Source of the DNA: Parcubacteria group bacterium
GTDB taxonomy: Bacteria; Patescibacteriota; Minisyncoccia; 2-02-FULL-40-12
NCBI GenBank assembly: GCA_016186395.1
Contig: JACPLU010000003.1
Span: 76,289-140,288 of the forward strand
DNA length: 64,000 nt
Direction of reading: 5' to 3'
The position numbers and the translations under genes were made by a program. The notes under the pieces were generated by a model that worked only from the letters and a program-made list of their open reading frames with translations, had not been told where the DNA came from and made no database searches. This document shows positions 41,449 to 51,075 of this stretch, in pieces (position 1 is the first letter of the stretch; every line of letters begins with the position of its first letter).

Positions 41449-41853
41449 TTATACGAATTTAGTTTTTACATCAGTATCAATTTTTACTATTCTTAGCGGT
41501 TTGAGATAGCGACTTCTAAAGTTTATTAATAACCCTAACTTTTTACCCAATGTTTGAAGATATCGCTGAGTTTGGTAGTAGTCTTCCTTTAGTATATATG
41601 TTTTAGCTTTTACTTCTAAAATTATTTTGTTATCTATTAAGAAATCTAATTTATTTCCTGTGTTTTGAATTGTGAACTCTCTCTTATAAGTTATAGACTG
41701 TTCTTTTAGTTCTTTTTCTATTTGATCGCAATATTGTTTTTCCCTATTAAATCTTCCTAATTTATTATGGATGTCAAAGCATATTCCTGTGATGACATAA
41801 GATAATTCTGGATAAATTATCTTATGTTTTTTATTTGTATGATTAGTATGCAT
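41449..41853 (-). CDS. GxxExxY family (PD-(D/E)XK-like) protein
   Basis: LGRFNREKQY, DFLID..ILEVKA, QTQRYL and GLLINF motifs. Confidence 0.9.
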   Translation of the reverse strand: MHTNHTNKKHKIIYPELSYVITGICFDIHNKLGRFNREKQYCDQIEKELKEQSITYKREFTIQNTGNKLDFLIDNKIILEVKAKTYILKEDYYQTQRYLQTLGKKLGLLINFRSRYLKPLRIVKIDTDVKTKFV

Positions 41854-41871
41854 TAGTATATTAGTATCGCC

Positions 41872-43215
41872 TTAAACATTTTTTGCTAAGTTTTTAAAAC
41901 TGGCTTGTTCTTCGTCAAAATATAGTTCTAGAAATCCAGTTGGTCCGTTTCTGTGTTTAGCGATTATTATTTCAGCAATATTTTGTTTGTCGGTATCCCG
42001 GCGGACTTTGTCTTCGCGGTAAATAAATATTACCAAATCAGCGTCCTGTTCAATAGAACCGGAAGATCGTAGGTCAGATAATTTCGGTCTTTGATCTGGT
42101 CTGGCTTCTGTAGCACGGGATAACTGGGATATGGCAAGGACTGGGATATTTAATTCTCTTGCCAAGGCTTTTAAGTTTCTTGAAATTTCGGTAATCTGTT
42201 GAACTTCGCTATCATAGTTTCTTTGTGATCTAATTAGTTGAAGATAATCAACAATAATCATTCCAAGGCCATGTTCGGCTTGTAAACGTCTGGCCATTGC
42301 CCGCATTTGTAAAACCGTAGGGGACGGGGAATCGTCAATAAAGATTGGAGTCTGTGCCAAGCTACCTAATGCGACACTGATTCTACTGAAGTCACTTGTT
42401 TCACCGTCCATTGAAAGTTTTCCGGTTCTTAATTTCCAAAGGCTTATTCCTGCTTCTGAAGAAATAAGTCTGTCGATAACCTGTTCTTTAGACATTTCTA
42501 GACTAAATATTCCAACTGGTACGTTTTCTTTTTTCGAGGCATTGCGGGCGATGTCCATAGCCATAGAAGTTTTACCTAATGACGGTCTGGCTGCTAGGAC
42601 GACTAAATCAGATTTTTGAAAACCAGCAGTTAATGAGTCAAGGTCATAAAATCCAGTTGAAATACCTCTAAGAGCGCCGTCTCCTTTGTGCAGTCGATCT
42701 AGTCTTTCAAAGGCGTCATCCAGTGTGTGTTTTATGTGCACAAATTCCTGGGAAAGAGATTTTTGAGAAACAGAAAAAAGTTTTTGTTCGGCAAGGTCTA
42801 AAATATTTTCTATTTCTTCCTCCTCTTGAAATCCAAGCTCTATTATTTGATGGGAGACATTTATTAGCTCTCTAAGAATTCTTTTACGCTGAACTATTTT
42901 TGAGTACTGAACTATGTGAGCAGATGTGGGAACCAAAGACAGAAGATTGGTGACATAGGTTACACCCCCCGCATCTTTCAGAAAACTAAGCTCCTCCAGT
43001 TTATTGGTTAGGGTTACAACATCAATTGGTTCTCTTTTTTGGTAAAGTTGAACTATTGCTTCAAAGATCAGCTGGTGTGAACGGTTATAGAAGTCGTCAG
43101 GAGTAAGGGTATCTATAACTCGGTGAATTGAGTCCGGATCAATTAAAATAGAACCAAGAAGAGATTTCTCGGCATCAATGTTTTGTGGAGGAAGTTTGTC
43201 TAGAGGATTGGTCAC
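41872..43215 (-). CDS. dnaB: Replicative DNA helicase
   Basis: PPQNIDAE, AARPSLGKT, VDYLQL and SGSIEQDAD motifs. Confidence 0.98.
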   Translation of the reverse strand: MTNPLDKLPPQNIDAEKSLLGSILIDPDSIHRVIDTLTPDDFYNRSHQLIFEAIVQLYQKREPIDVVTLTNKLEELSFLKDAGGVTYVTNLLSLVPTSAHIVQYSKIVQRKRILRELINVSHQIIELGFQEEEEIENILDLAEQKLFSVSQKSLSQEFVHIKHTLDDAFERLDRLHKGDGALRGISTGFYDLDSLTAGFQKSDLVVLAARPSLGKTSMAMDIARNASKKENVPVGIFSLEMSKEQVIDRLISSEAGISLWKLRTGKLSMDGETSDFSRISVALGSLAQTPIFIDDSPSPTVLQMRAMARRLQAEHGLGMIIVDYLQLIRSQRNYDSEVQQITEISRNLKALARELNIPVLAISQLSRATEARPDQRPKLSDLRSSGSIEQDADLVIFIYREDKVRRDTDKQNIAEIIIAKHRNGPTGFLELYFDEEQASFKNLAKNV

Positions 43216-43387
43216 GAATAATTCAAAAGTTAAAAGTCAAAAATCAAAATTACAAGTTAAAACTTAAAATTACTTAAAATTAATTTAACTTTCATTATTA
43301 ACTATAATTTTTAAAATTTCGATTGCCAAGCAGGTAAATTGCTGGTAAGGTGTTGATAAATTAGTACTTTTAAGGAGGGGAGAAGAA

Positions 43388-43693
43388 ATGGAACATATAA
43401 GGGGACATAGTTCTCGCGATATAAGGGACGAAATGAATGATGAGGTCGATAGTTTAAGAGCAAAAATTCAAAGCCTAGAGGCAGAAAATGCAGAATTGAA
43501 AAAAGATAAAGAAAGATTGGATTTTATTGATAAATATAAGCTTCCAATAGAAAGAATATCTTTGGGGGTAAGAAGCTCATTTTGGAGAATATATTTTATC
43601 GATAGTTTTATTTACGAGTTTAATTTAAGAGAATGTATTGATTCGCAAATAAGAAAAGAGGTTAGTATTATTAAACCAGTTGAGGGTAAGTAG
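43388..43693 (+). CDS. Hypothetical coiled-coil protein
   Basis: AAGGAGG RBS; DKERLDFI..LRECIDSQ. Confidence 0.55.
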   Translation: MEHIRGHSSRDIRDEMNDEVDSLRAKIQSLEAENAELKKDKERLDFIDKYKLPIERISLGVRSSFWRIYFIDSFIYEFNLRECIDSQIRKEVSIIKPVEGK

Positions 43694-43694
43694 T

Positions 43695-45143
43695 TTATTT
43701 TCTCACTAATGGTCCATAAGGAGTGTCGTCAATTTTGTAACCCTTTGTGAGTATTTGTTTTCGTAATTCGTCGGCTTCGGCGAATTTTTTTTCGTTTCTG
43801 GCGGTCTCGCGTAAATCAACTAAGTTTTGAATTTCATCTGGTAGGGGTATAGATTTTTCGGGGATAAAGCCAAAAATTCCATTTATTTCCTTAAGTAAAT
43901 CAAGCACTTGATTTGCGACTGTTTTACTTATTAACCCCGAATGAAGGGGAGCATTAAACTCTCTAATCAGATTGAATAATTCTGCAATTGCTATCGGGGC
44001 GTTAAAATCATCATCTAGAGCTTCAAAAATAGATTTTCTGTGTGTCTCAAAAAAATTGGTATAATCTGATTTTTTTTCTTCGTCTGCCTGACTGGTAGGC
44101 AGGTCTGCTTTGCCGTCGGCTTTTTCAAGATTTAAGACAAACTCTCTAAGGCGCATAACAGCGGCTTCGGCTTGATTCATTAAGTTGTCGTTGAAATCAA
44201 TCGGGGATCTATAATGGGTGCTTAAAACCATAAAACGTACTGCTTCTGGGCTTTGGTCTTTAAGCAAGTCCCTTATGGTTATGAAGTTACCTAGAGATTT
44301 AGACATTTTTTGTCCATTTAGTGTTAAAAAACCGGTATGCATCCAAAGTTTAACAAAAGGTTTTTTGCCTGATAAAGATTCCATTTGAGCAATCTCGGCC
44401 TCATGATGGGGAAAGATTAAATCACGTGATCCGCCGTGGATTTCGTATTGGGGTGAGTCAAACTCCTTTTCAGTAATAGCCGTATCTTCTATGTGCCAGC
44501 CAGGACGTCCTGCACCAAGTTCGCTTTGCCAAGACGGTTCGCTTGGTTTTGCCGTTCCTTCGGAGCGAGCCTCGTCCTCTGGGCGGGAAAACTTCCATAA
44601 AGCAAAATCACCTTTGTTTCTTTTAAGCGTGCTTTCGTCTATTCGGCTTACCGCATCCTCGGCATCTTCTACTGTTCTACCGGAAAGCTTTCCATAATCT
44701 GGAAATCTTTTAAGATCAAAATAGTAACCCTCATCCGGTATTAAATAGGCAATATTTTTTTCTTTTAGTCTTTTGACCTGATCTACAATTTGTTTAATAT
44801 ATTCTGTTGCCGGAGCATATTTAGTAACACTGGTTATGCCAAGATTTTCCATATCCTCCATATATTTTTCTTGAAATTCTTTGGCTAAACCAAGCGGGTC
44901 TTTGTTTTCTGATTTTGCCCGATCAATGATTTTGTCATCAATATCGGTGATATTTTGAAGATAAAAAACTTCATAGCCTAGGTAACGTAAATATTTGGCA
45001 ATCATATCAAAGGCAATATAAGTTCTGGCATGGCCGATATGGGAATAATCATAAACAGTTGGTCCGCAGACAAACATCCGAATTTTTTTATCGAGAAAGT
45101 TTAATTCTTCTTTTTGTTTTGTAAGAGTATTAAATATTTTCAA
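43695..45143 (-). CDS. cysS: Cysteinyl-tRNA synthetase
   Basis: CGPTVYD..HIGH, GRPGWHIE and KMSKS motifs; probable TTG start (LKIFNTLT). Confidence 0.97.
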   Translation of the reverse strand: MKIFNTLTKQKEELNFLDKKIRMFVCGPTVYDYSHIGHARTYIAFDMIAKYLRYLGYEVFYLQNITDIDDKIIDRAKSENKDPLGLAKEFQEKYMEDMENLGITSVTKYAPATEYIKQIVDQVKRLKEKNIAYLIPDEGYYFDLKRFPDYGKLSGRTVEDAEDAVSRIDESTLKRNKGDFALWKFSRPEDEARSEGTAKPSEPSWQSELGAGRPGWHIEDTAITEKEFDSPQYEIHGGSRDLIFPHHEAEIAQMESLSGKKPFVKLWMHTGFLTLNGQKMSKSLGNFITIRDLLKDQSPEAVRFMVLSTHYRSPIDFNDNLMNQAEAAVMRLREFVLNLEKADGKADLPTSQADEEKKSDYTNFFETHRKSIFEALDDDFNAPIAIAELFNLIREFNAPLHSGLISKTVANQVLDLLKEINGIFGFIPEKSIPLPDEIQNLVDLRETARNEKKFAEADELRKQILTKGYKIDDTPYGPLVRK

Positions 45144-45185
45144 CCTAAAAGAATTGTAGCAAATACGGGGTTTATTTGGAAATTT
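45099..45185. repeat. 87-bp direct repeat copy 1 (cysS 5' end plus upstream)
   Basis: Identical to 46329-46415. Confidence 0.9.
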
Positions 45186-45228
45186 CTGTAGATAGTTGAC
45201 AGAATCTATCCATCTGTTATAATATAAG

Positions 45229-45365
45229 AGTACTCGGAATTCAGAGTGCAAGGGGGTGGAGCTCACGGGCTCCACCAAACCCGCATTGTGGCGGAAAGCC
45301 ACAGTGTGATTCCAGCCCGGCGTAGACCGGTGACTGGGGGGTGGTGCTCCGGCGCCACCCTTTTT
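45229..45365 (+). ncRNA. Candidate small RNA 1
   Basis: TTGACA-16-TATAAT promoter with TGn, GC-rich hairpins, conserved 3' block, intrinsic terminator. Confidence 0.65.
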
Positions 45366-45444
45366 CCTTTATATATTGACATAAGTTGAGGAGTAGTTTA
45401 TATTAATTAACATTGGGGTACCTTAAATTAAAAGGAGGGAATAA

Positions 45445-45816
45445 ATGAGCCAATGTTCTGGTACAGTTAAACTTGCTAAATTGGTCAATAGACGAATGAG
45501 GGGTAAGACGCTAAAAGAAGTGGCTAATGCTGCTGGAATATCGCCAACATCATTATGTCTTATTAGGTCTGGTTGTCGTGGAATTTCTATCAAGATGGCA
45601 AAAAAACTGGCGAAAGGTCTAAACGAGGATCCAGCCAATTTAAGTCGAGAGATTGAGGAATTAGTTCTGGCTGGGAAAGGTGAACGTAACAAGTTAAAAT
45701 TTTGTTACGTTAGGCAATCACAGGTGGAATTTACAATTCGGGTTCCTCTGAACCTCGCAAAAAGAGTTACAGATTTTGTTATGGAAATTGAGAAAGAAGT
45801 CAACAAGGAGGTGTAG
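45445..45816 (+). CDS. XRE-family HTH protein
   Basis: TLKEVANAAGISPTSLCLIRSG..MAKKLAKGL; AGGAGG RBS. Confidence 0.82.
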   Translation: MSQCSGTVKLAKLVNRRMRGKTLKEVANAAGISPTSLCLIRSGCRGISIKMAKKLAKGLNEDPANLSREIEELVLAGKGERNKLKFCYVRQSQVEFTIRVPLNLAKRVTDFVMEIEKEVNKEV

Positions 45817-45819
45817 ACA

Positions 45820-46263
45820 ATGCAAGTAGAACGAATTACGTTTCGACGAGATCATCCACGCCCGGCGTTCCAATCGGAACATGAGTATCCTCATAACGAG
45901 GAGGAAACCCAGATGCTAACGGAATGGAGCATTGGGTGGATAGATGATCTCATCGATGAATCAGTACGATTCATCGATAGTGAACTTAATCTTCTTAACT
46001 TAAATCCCCAGCAGAGGGAAAATGTGAGGGAGAAGATTAAGATCGGGGTAATTTCTGTGTGGGCAGAGTGGCACCTTGATATGGAAGATGAGGTGCCGAT
46101 CGACCAAGAGGTGATTGCCCAGTATCTTAAGCACAAGTTTAATATCGATGTGCCGGTTTGTAACGAGTGTAACTTCAACTTGTTAACTGAGGTTGAAGCA
46201 ACCGCACTCGGTTTGGAAGAAGTTGTCTTAGAGCCACTAGAATCGGACTTGTCTGGTTCTTAG
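45820..46263 (+). CDS. Acidic hypothetical protein with CxxC
   Basis: AAGGAGGT RBS; CNEC; terminator at 46277-46316. Confidence 0.7.
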   Translation: MQVERITFRRDHPRPAFQSEHEYPHNEEETQMLTEWSIGWIDDLIDESVRFIDSELNLLNLNPQQRENVREKIKIGVISVWAEWHLDMEDEVPIDQEVIAQYLKHKFNIDVPVCNECNFNLLTEVEATALGLEEVVLEPLESDLSGS

Positions 46264-46328
46264 GTACTTTCTTCAGCGGGCGGGGGGAATGTCATAATTT
46301 GTCCCCGCCCGTTTTTCTTATTCGGAAT

Positions 46329-46415
46329 GTTTAATTCTTCTTTTTGTTTTGTAAGAGTATTAAATATTTTCAACCTAAAAGAATTGTAGCAAATACGGGG
46401 TTTATTTGGAAATTT
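46329..46415. repeat. 87-bp direct repeat copy 2 (truncated cysS 5' end)
   Basis: Identical to 45099-45185. Confidence 0.9.
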
Positions 46416-46458
46416 AGCAAGGCTATTGACAAAGTATGTCAGTTTGTTATACTTATAA

Positions 46459-46593
46459 ATAGTCTCGGGTCAGGTCAAAAACCGAGTTTTAAAAAGGGAC
46501 GAAGCTTAAGCTTGACCAAGCAATAGTCCCAACCATCATCCAGCCCGGCGTAGACCGGTGTCTGGGGGCCAGTGCTCTTGCGCTGGCCTTTTT
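46459..46593 (+). ncRNA. Candidate small RNA 2 (paralog of RNA 1)
   Basis: TTGACA-16-TATACT promoter; TCCAGCCCGGCGTAGACCGGTG block; covarying terminator. Confidence 0.65.
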
Positions 46594-46665
46594 CGTTTAA
46601 ATAGCTTTTACTGTTGATGATTGGATATTTATATTTATGCTATACTCTAAATTATTGAAACTTCG

Positions 46666-46809
46666 TATTTTATTAATGCTTTTGAGACAATAGGAGGCAC
46701 GGTTTGCTTGGATCTCGATCCGTCCTGGGCGGAGAGGGAAAATCGTGCCGACTCTTAATAAGTGTGCCGCAGGAGCACACGAATGTGTCTAAAAAGCATT
46801 AATAAAATA
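46666..46809 (+). ncRNA. Three-way-junction structured element, copy 3
   Basis: P1-AAT-P2(TGCTTGG)-CTTA-P3(CGCAGGA)-GT-P1'. Confidence 0.6.
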
Positions 46810-46828
46810 TTTAATCCAGAGCCTACTT

Positions 46829-47647
46829 ATGAATAAAAGAGTTATTTTGCCGATAATAGTTTTGGTAACGAGTTTAATTTTTTGGGGCGTGGTTCAAAGA
46901 AGTATTCAAAGCCCCAATTTAAAAGAAGTGATCTTTTGGGTTAAGGTCGCTTTATCGTTCGGACTTTTTAGCGGAAGTTTGGCCTTTGGATTACTTTTAT
47001 CCAATTCTAAATATTGGGCGGCATTGAACATCTTTATTCCAATTCTAGTTTTTTGGTTTTTAACTAATTTAGGTCTGATTACTTTAGTTCTTGGCTTGCT
47101 CGTATTTTTAATACAGTTTTCCTACTACACAACTATTAAGAGTGAACAAGAGCAAAGGCTTAAAGTTTCAATCAAGAAATTTTTAGAAAAAGGCATTTAT
47201 GGTTTTATTGCCGGGATAATAATTCTCGTAACTTTATTTTATTATTTCACTCCCTCTGTCCAGGAAAAAAGTCGTCAAATAACCATACCAAAAAGTCTAG
47301 AGACTTTTGTTCAGGAATTTACTACTCAAACCTTACTTCGCAACGCATCTCCCGAAGTTAGGGCTCAAATTCAAACTCCCGAATTTCAAACTCAACTGGG
47401 ACAAGAAGTGCAAAGAACTACAAAAGAACTTTTACGTCAGCTTGATTCATGGGCCGGCCCTTATAAAAAGTTTTTCCCCTTGGTTTTAAGTATTGGTTTT
47501 TATTTAACTTTGACTGCATTTACGTTTTTGTGGAATTGGCTTACGTTGCTTTTTGCATCGCTTTTTCTGTTTATATTCAAGCAGTTAGGATTAGTTAAAA
47601 TTAATTCAGTCCAAAAAGAAGCAGAAGAATTAGAATTAGTTAATTAG
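46829..47647 (+). CDS. Polytopic membrane protein
   Basis: Several TM segments. Confidence 0.75.
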   Translation: MNKRVILPIIVLVTSLIFWGVVQRSIQSPNLKEVIFWVKVALSFGLFSGSLAFGLLLSNSKYWAALNIFIPILVFWFLTNLGLITLVLGLLVFLIQFSYYTTIKSEQEQRLKVSIKKFLEKGIYGFIAGIIILVTLFYYFTPSVQEKSRQITIPKSLETFVQEFTTQTLLRNASPEVRAQIQTPEFQTQLGQEVQRTTKELLRQLDSWAGPYKKFFPLVLSIGFYLTLTAFTFLWNWLTLLFASLFLFIFKQLGLVKINSVQKEAEELELVN

Positions 47648-47656
47648 TCTTTAGAA

Positions 47657-47786
47657 AGTTATTAATGCTTTTGAGACAATAGGAGGCACGATTTGCTTGG
47701 TCCCGAGTTTATCGAGGGAAATCGTGCCGACTCTTAATGAGTGTGCCGCAGGAGCACACGAATGTGTCTCAAAAGCATTAATAACT
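47657..47786 (+). ncRNA. Three-way-junction structured element, copy 4
   Basis: Nearly identical to copy 3 except for the distal P2 hairpin. Confidence 0.6.
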
Positions 47787-47791
47787 AGATT

Positions 47792-48385
47792 TTGGTGAAT
47801 AAGATATCAGAGATTTTATCAAATTTAATACTTAAATTAGCTGACTTCTCACAAAATTTTGGCAACCTTAATTCTGGTGCCAAACTAAATTGGGATATTT
47901 TTGTGGTTTTATTTATATTTTTGGCCTTTTTTCTTTATGGTATAACTGCCGGTAGAAATAAATTAACCCTTTTTTTCTTTAGTATTTATGTAAGCTTTCT
48001 TTTGGTGGAAATTTTTCCATACTGGTCGTTAGTTGAGAAACAGGCGGCAATTAACAAGTCATATATTTCTTATTCAATAGGATTTGTTATTTTAACTATT
48101 TTAATATTTTTGTTATTTTCTCATTCTGGAATTAAAACATTTTTTGCTTTGTCTTCAATTGAAAAAGGATCATGGTTTCAGATTTTTATATTTAGTATTA
48201 TCGGAGTCGGTTTGTTGACTAGTTTTTTGTTGTCGTTTTTTTCTCAATCCGAGCTTGAGATTTTGTCTCCGCGGATTATTAGATTTTTTGGTGTAGATAC
48301 GCGCTTTGGTTGGCTGGCAGCTTCTTTAATTGTTATGTCATTTGTACATAGACACCATCGACACAGAAGAGAAGGTAGTATATAA
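47792..48385 (+). CDS. Membrane protein (CvpA-like topology)
   Basis: About five TM helices. Confidence 0.65.
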   Translation: MVNKISEILSNLILKLADFSQNFGNLNSGAKLNWDIFVVLFIFLAFFLYGITAGRNKLTLFFFSIYVSFLLVEIFPYWSLVEKQAAINKSYISYSIGFVILTILIFLLFSHSGIKTFFALSSIEKGSWFQIFIFSIIGVGLLTSFLLSFFSQSELEILSPRIIRFFGVDTRFGWLAASLIVMSFVHRHHRHRREGSI

Positions 48386-48434
48386 AGAAGATATAATATC
48401 CTAGTTCTTTAAAATTAAGGTAGAGGGGGAACTA

Positions 48435-49367
48435 ATGTACTGGAAAGCGTTTTTTATTTTTTTGATCCTCATTTTTAATACAAACTTTTCATATCAATGG
48501 TGGCCTAAGCAACCCAATTCAAATTCGGGAGATCAAAAAATTCAGGTTGGTGAGTCAGCTTCTTTATTACCACAGTTTCTAATTTTATATTTTCCCAGCA
48601 CAATTAGGGATGACCAAATTAAATTAGTTCTTTTGAGTATTGATAAGAGTCTTAAACAAATTAGAAAATCCAGAAAAGATGATTTTTTCGGCTTTATTTC
48701 AAAGGTTAGTAGGAATATTATTCATAAATATCCGGATAAACCAGAGGTTCCTGGTTATATAGCAGTTGAAGTTGTTTTAGTGGTCCCAATCACTAAAGAT
48801 CAGAAAAAATTTGATTTAAGCTCTTTCCTAGCTGGTTTCAGTTCGCTGGCCAAAGAAGGTAAAAGTCTAAATTTAATTCCTTTTGCCGGGCAATTTCATT
48901 TTAACTCTTTCATAGAAGAAAGATTTGATAACGTTACTCAAAGTAAATATTTTTGGCTCAAGCCTTTGTGTTTTTATGCAGAATTCAAGGTTGTTACCAA
49001 CGAATTTTTACATTCAAGGTTAAGCAGTTTAAGTGAGTATACTGATAAAAAAGATTGGAATACAGAAGATACAACTTCAGATGAAAAAAACGAGGCCGAA
49101 ACGCTATCAAGAGAAACTCTTTATGTGGATTGCTATTTTAGAATTTCGGACCAGGATCTGATTGTAATGGATAAAACAAGAAATTTTCAAGCAGAAGTAA
49201 ATATTCTAAGTGATATAGAAGTTAAAAAGGTTTTTACTGTGGTTATTAAGGCCAAAACTCAAAAACAAGAAGAATCTTCGCAGACAGACCCACTATTAAA
49301 TCCCGCCACGGCGGGATTTATCTGCTTTTTTCTACTCTCTCGGTATATTGGCCTGTTTGGGTATTAA
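48435..49367 (+). CDS. Hypothetical exported protein
   Basis: Signal-peptide-like N-terminus; the 3' end overlaps efp. Confidence 0.55.
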   Translation: MYWKAFFIFLILIFNTNFSYQWWPKQPNSNSGDQKIQVGESASLLPQFLILYFPSTIRDDQIKLVLLSIDKSLKQIRKSRKDDFFGFISKVSRNIIHKYPDKPEVPGYIAVEVVLVVPITKDQKKFDLSSFLAGFSSLAKEGKSLNLIPFAGQFHFNSFIEERFDNVTQSKYFWLKPLCFYAEFKVVTNEFLHSRLSSLSEYTDKKDWNTEDTTSDEKNEAETLSRETLYVDCYFRISDQDLIVMDKTRNFQAEVNILSDIEVKKVFTVVIKAKTQKQEESSQTDPLLNPATAGFICFFLLSRYIGLFGY

Positions 49368-49890
49368 TTCTTATTGTGTCGCCCTCATTTATAAAGAGTG
49401 GAACGTTAATGGTTGCACCACTTTCTATTTTGACTTGTTTGGTGCCTCCTTGGGCGGTATCGCCTTTAATTCCCGGAGGAGATTCGGTAACTAGAAAATC
49501 CATTTTGACTGGAAGTTCTACGTTAATTATGTCACCGTTAAATTTTAATGCTTCTAAAACAGTATTGGCTTTGAGGAAGTTTTTAATGTGTTCTACGGTA
49601 GATTCTTCGAGTCTGAATCTTTTTGATGGGTCGTTTTGATCAGAAAACCAAAATTCAACTCGATGATTGTAAAGATATTTCACTTTTGTCTTTTCAATAT
49701 CAGCTTCTTCAAACGTGTCAGATTGTTGAAAGTTTTGTTCTAGTATCTTTCCATTTAGAAGGTTTCTAAATCTGGTTTGTAAAACTGGTCTTCGTTGTTG
49801 CATCTTAAGATGGTGCGTTTCAAGCACTTCATGGGGTTGACCATTTAAAATAAAATAAACTCCCGATTTTAGATCAGAAATGGAAAGCAT
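49318..49890 (-). CDS. efp: Elongation factor P
   Basis: PPGIKGDTA and VPLFINEGD motifs. Confidence 0.96.
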   Translation of the reverse strand: MLSISDLKSGVYFILNGQPHEVLETHHLKMQQRRPVLQTRFRNLLNGKILEQNFQQSDTFEEADIEKTKVKYLYNHRVEFWFSDQNDPSKRFRLEESTVEHIKNFLKANTVLEALKFNGDIINVELPVKMDFLVTESPPGIKGDTAQGGTKQVKIESGATINVPLFINEGDTIRINTQTGQYTERVEKSR

Positions 49891-49965
49891 AACTATAGAA
49901 ATTTAGCATAAATCATGGGCCTTTCAGTATTGACACAAATCCGACTAAGTAGTATAATAGAGGAT

Positions 49966-51075
49966 ATGGAAAATAATATAGAAAAACAAATTAATTTGGC
50001 TGGAAACGTTGATACTCAAGGAGTTAGTACAAAAGTTGATATCAAACCGGTAATTGATCCGGAAACTAAGAAAAAACTTGAAGAATTGGAGGAAAAAAGA
50101 CAGAAAAGAATAAAAACCCTAAGAAACACTGTTTGGGGTGTTGCTGCTATTCTCGGAATAATCATTTTGGCTGTCATCATTTTTTCTTCAGGTAATGACA
50201 AAATAGAAACAACTAACAAAGTCCAGACCGATAAAGAAGGAGCTTTTGCTTTTGAGTCAATCAAGGGATTTTTTATTAGTAATCCAAGTTCTACTACTTC
50301 TAATTCAAATATTGTTAGTCAGCAAAGCAATACCGTCTCTAACCAAAGTCAGACACAAAGTAATCAGTCTACAACTCAAACAACAAGAACATATAGTAGA
50401 GAGGAAATACTGGTAGCTAAGGTTTTGGATAGTCTTTACGGATTTGGTCCATCTACTGGAACTACTACAAGTGTAAATAGTTCAACTTCAACTGTCAGCA
50501 ATTCCGGCCAGGTAGCTGGCGCACAAATTATCCAGAACGGTTTTGGTTTTGTGCAGGGAGCAAGTGGAAACGGGTTAAGAAATTCGTTTTTGGTAAAAGT
50601 GAAGGGAGATGCGCGAGTTTATGAAATTATTCAGGGTCAAAAACACTTAATTCCAAATAATGTTATTTTTGAGGATTATGGTTTTGATTCAAGGACTATT
50701 CGTTTAGTTACTCAAAGAGAGTTGAATCTTTGGCCGAGAGCAAAGATTTTACATCAAATAGGAGATACAAAAATTTGGTATTTGACTGAAGTCGGTTACG
50801 TGAGACTGGTTCCAAATAGAGAGGTATTTATATCTTATGGAGATAGAATTGAGGATGTTATTCAGGTTAGTCCTTTGGAATTAGCTTTTTACCCAAGGGT
50901 TAAATATATTCATTTGGAAGATGGGGAGGACAATAGAATTTGGCTGATTGAGGGCGCAACAAAATATCCTATTAACCCATTAGCCTTTTTACGATTAAGA
51001 ATTAAATTTATTGAGATTGCTCCAGTTAATCAAAAGGAATTCGACTTTTATAAAGTTGGCCCGGAGATAAATTAG
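49966..51075 (+). CDS. Membrane-anchored surface protein with Ser/Thr linker and three short repeats
   Basis: TM helix, S/T/N/Q-rich region, repeated VYEI..KHLIP..F..YG units. Confidence 0.7.
   Translation: MENNIEKQINLAGNVDTQGVSTKVDIKPVIDPETKKKLEELEEKRQKRIKTLRNTVWGVAAILGIIILAVIIFSSGNDKIETTNKVQTDKEGAFAFESIKGFFISNPSSTTSNSNIVSQQSNTVSNQSQTQSNQSTTQTTRTYSREEILVAKVLDSLYGFGPSTGTTTSVNSSTSTVSNSGQVAGAQIIQNGFGFVQGASGNGLRNSFLVKVKGDARVYEIIQGQKHLIPNNVIFEDYGFDSRTIRLVTQRELNLWPRAKILHQIGDTKIWYLTEVGYVRLVPNREVFISYGDRIEDVIQVSPLELAFYPRVKYIHLEDGEDNRIWLIEGATKYPINPLAFLRLRIKFIEIAPVNQKEFDFYKVGPEIN

Noticed and set aside
45144-45302. N-terminal extension of cysS in the ORF track
   Set aside because: CysS homology begins at LKIFNTL (TTG at 45143). 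The extension is antisense to a promoter and the candidate small RNA.
45229-45365. Identification of the small RNAs as SRP RNA, T-box or tmRNA
   Set aside because: No SRP CAGG..GNRA..AGCA core, no tRNA-like ends, and the orientation is divergent from cysS, so it is not a cysS T-box.
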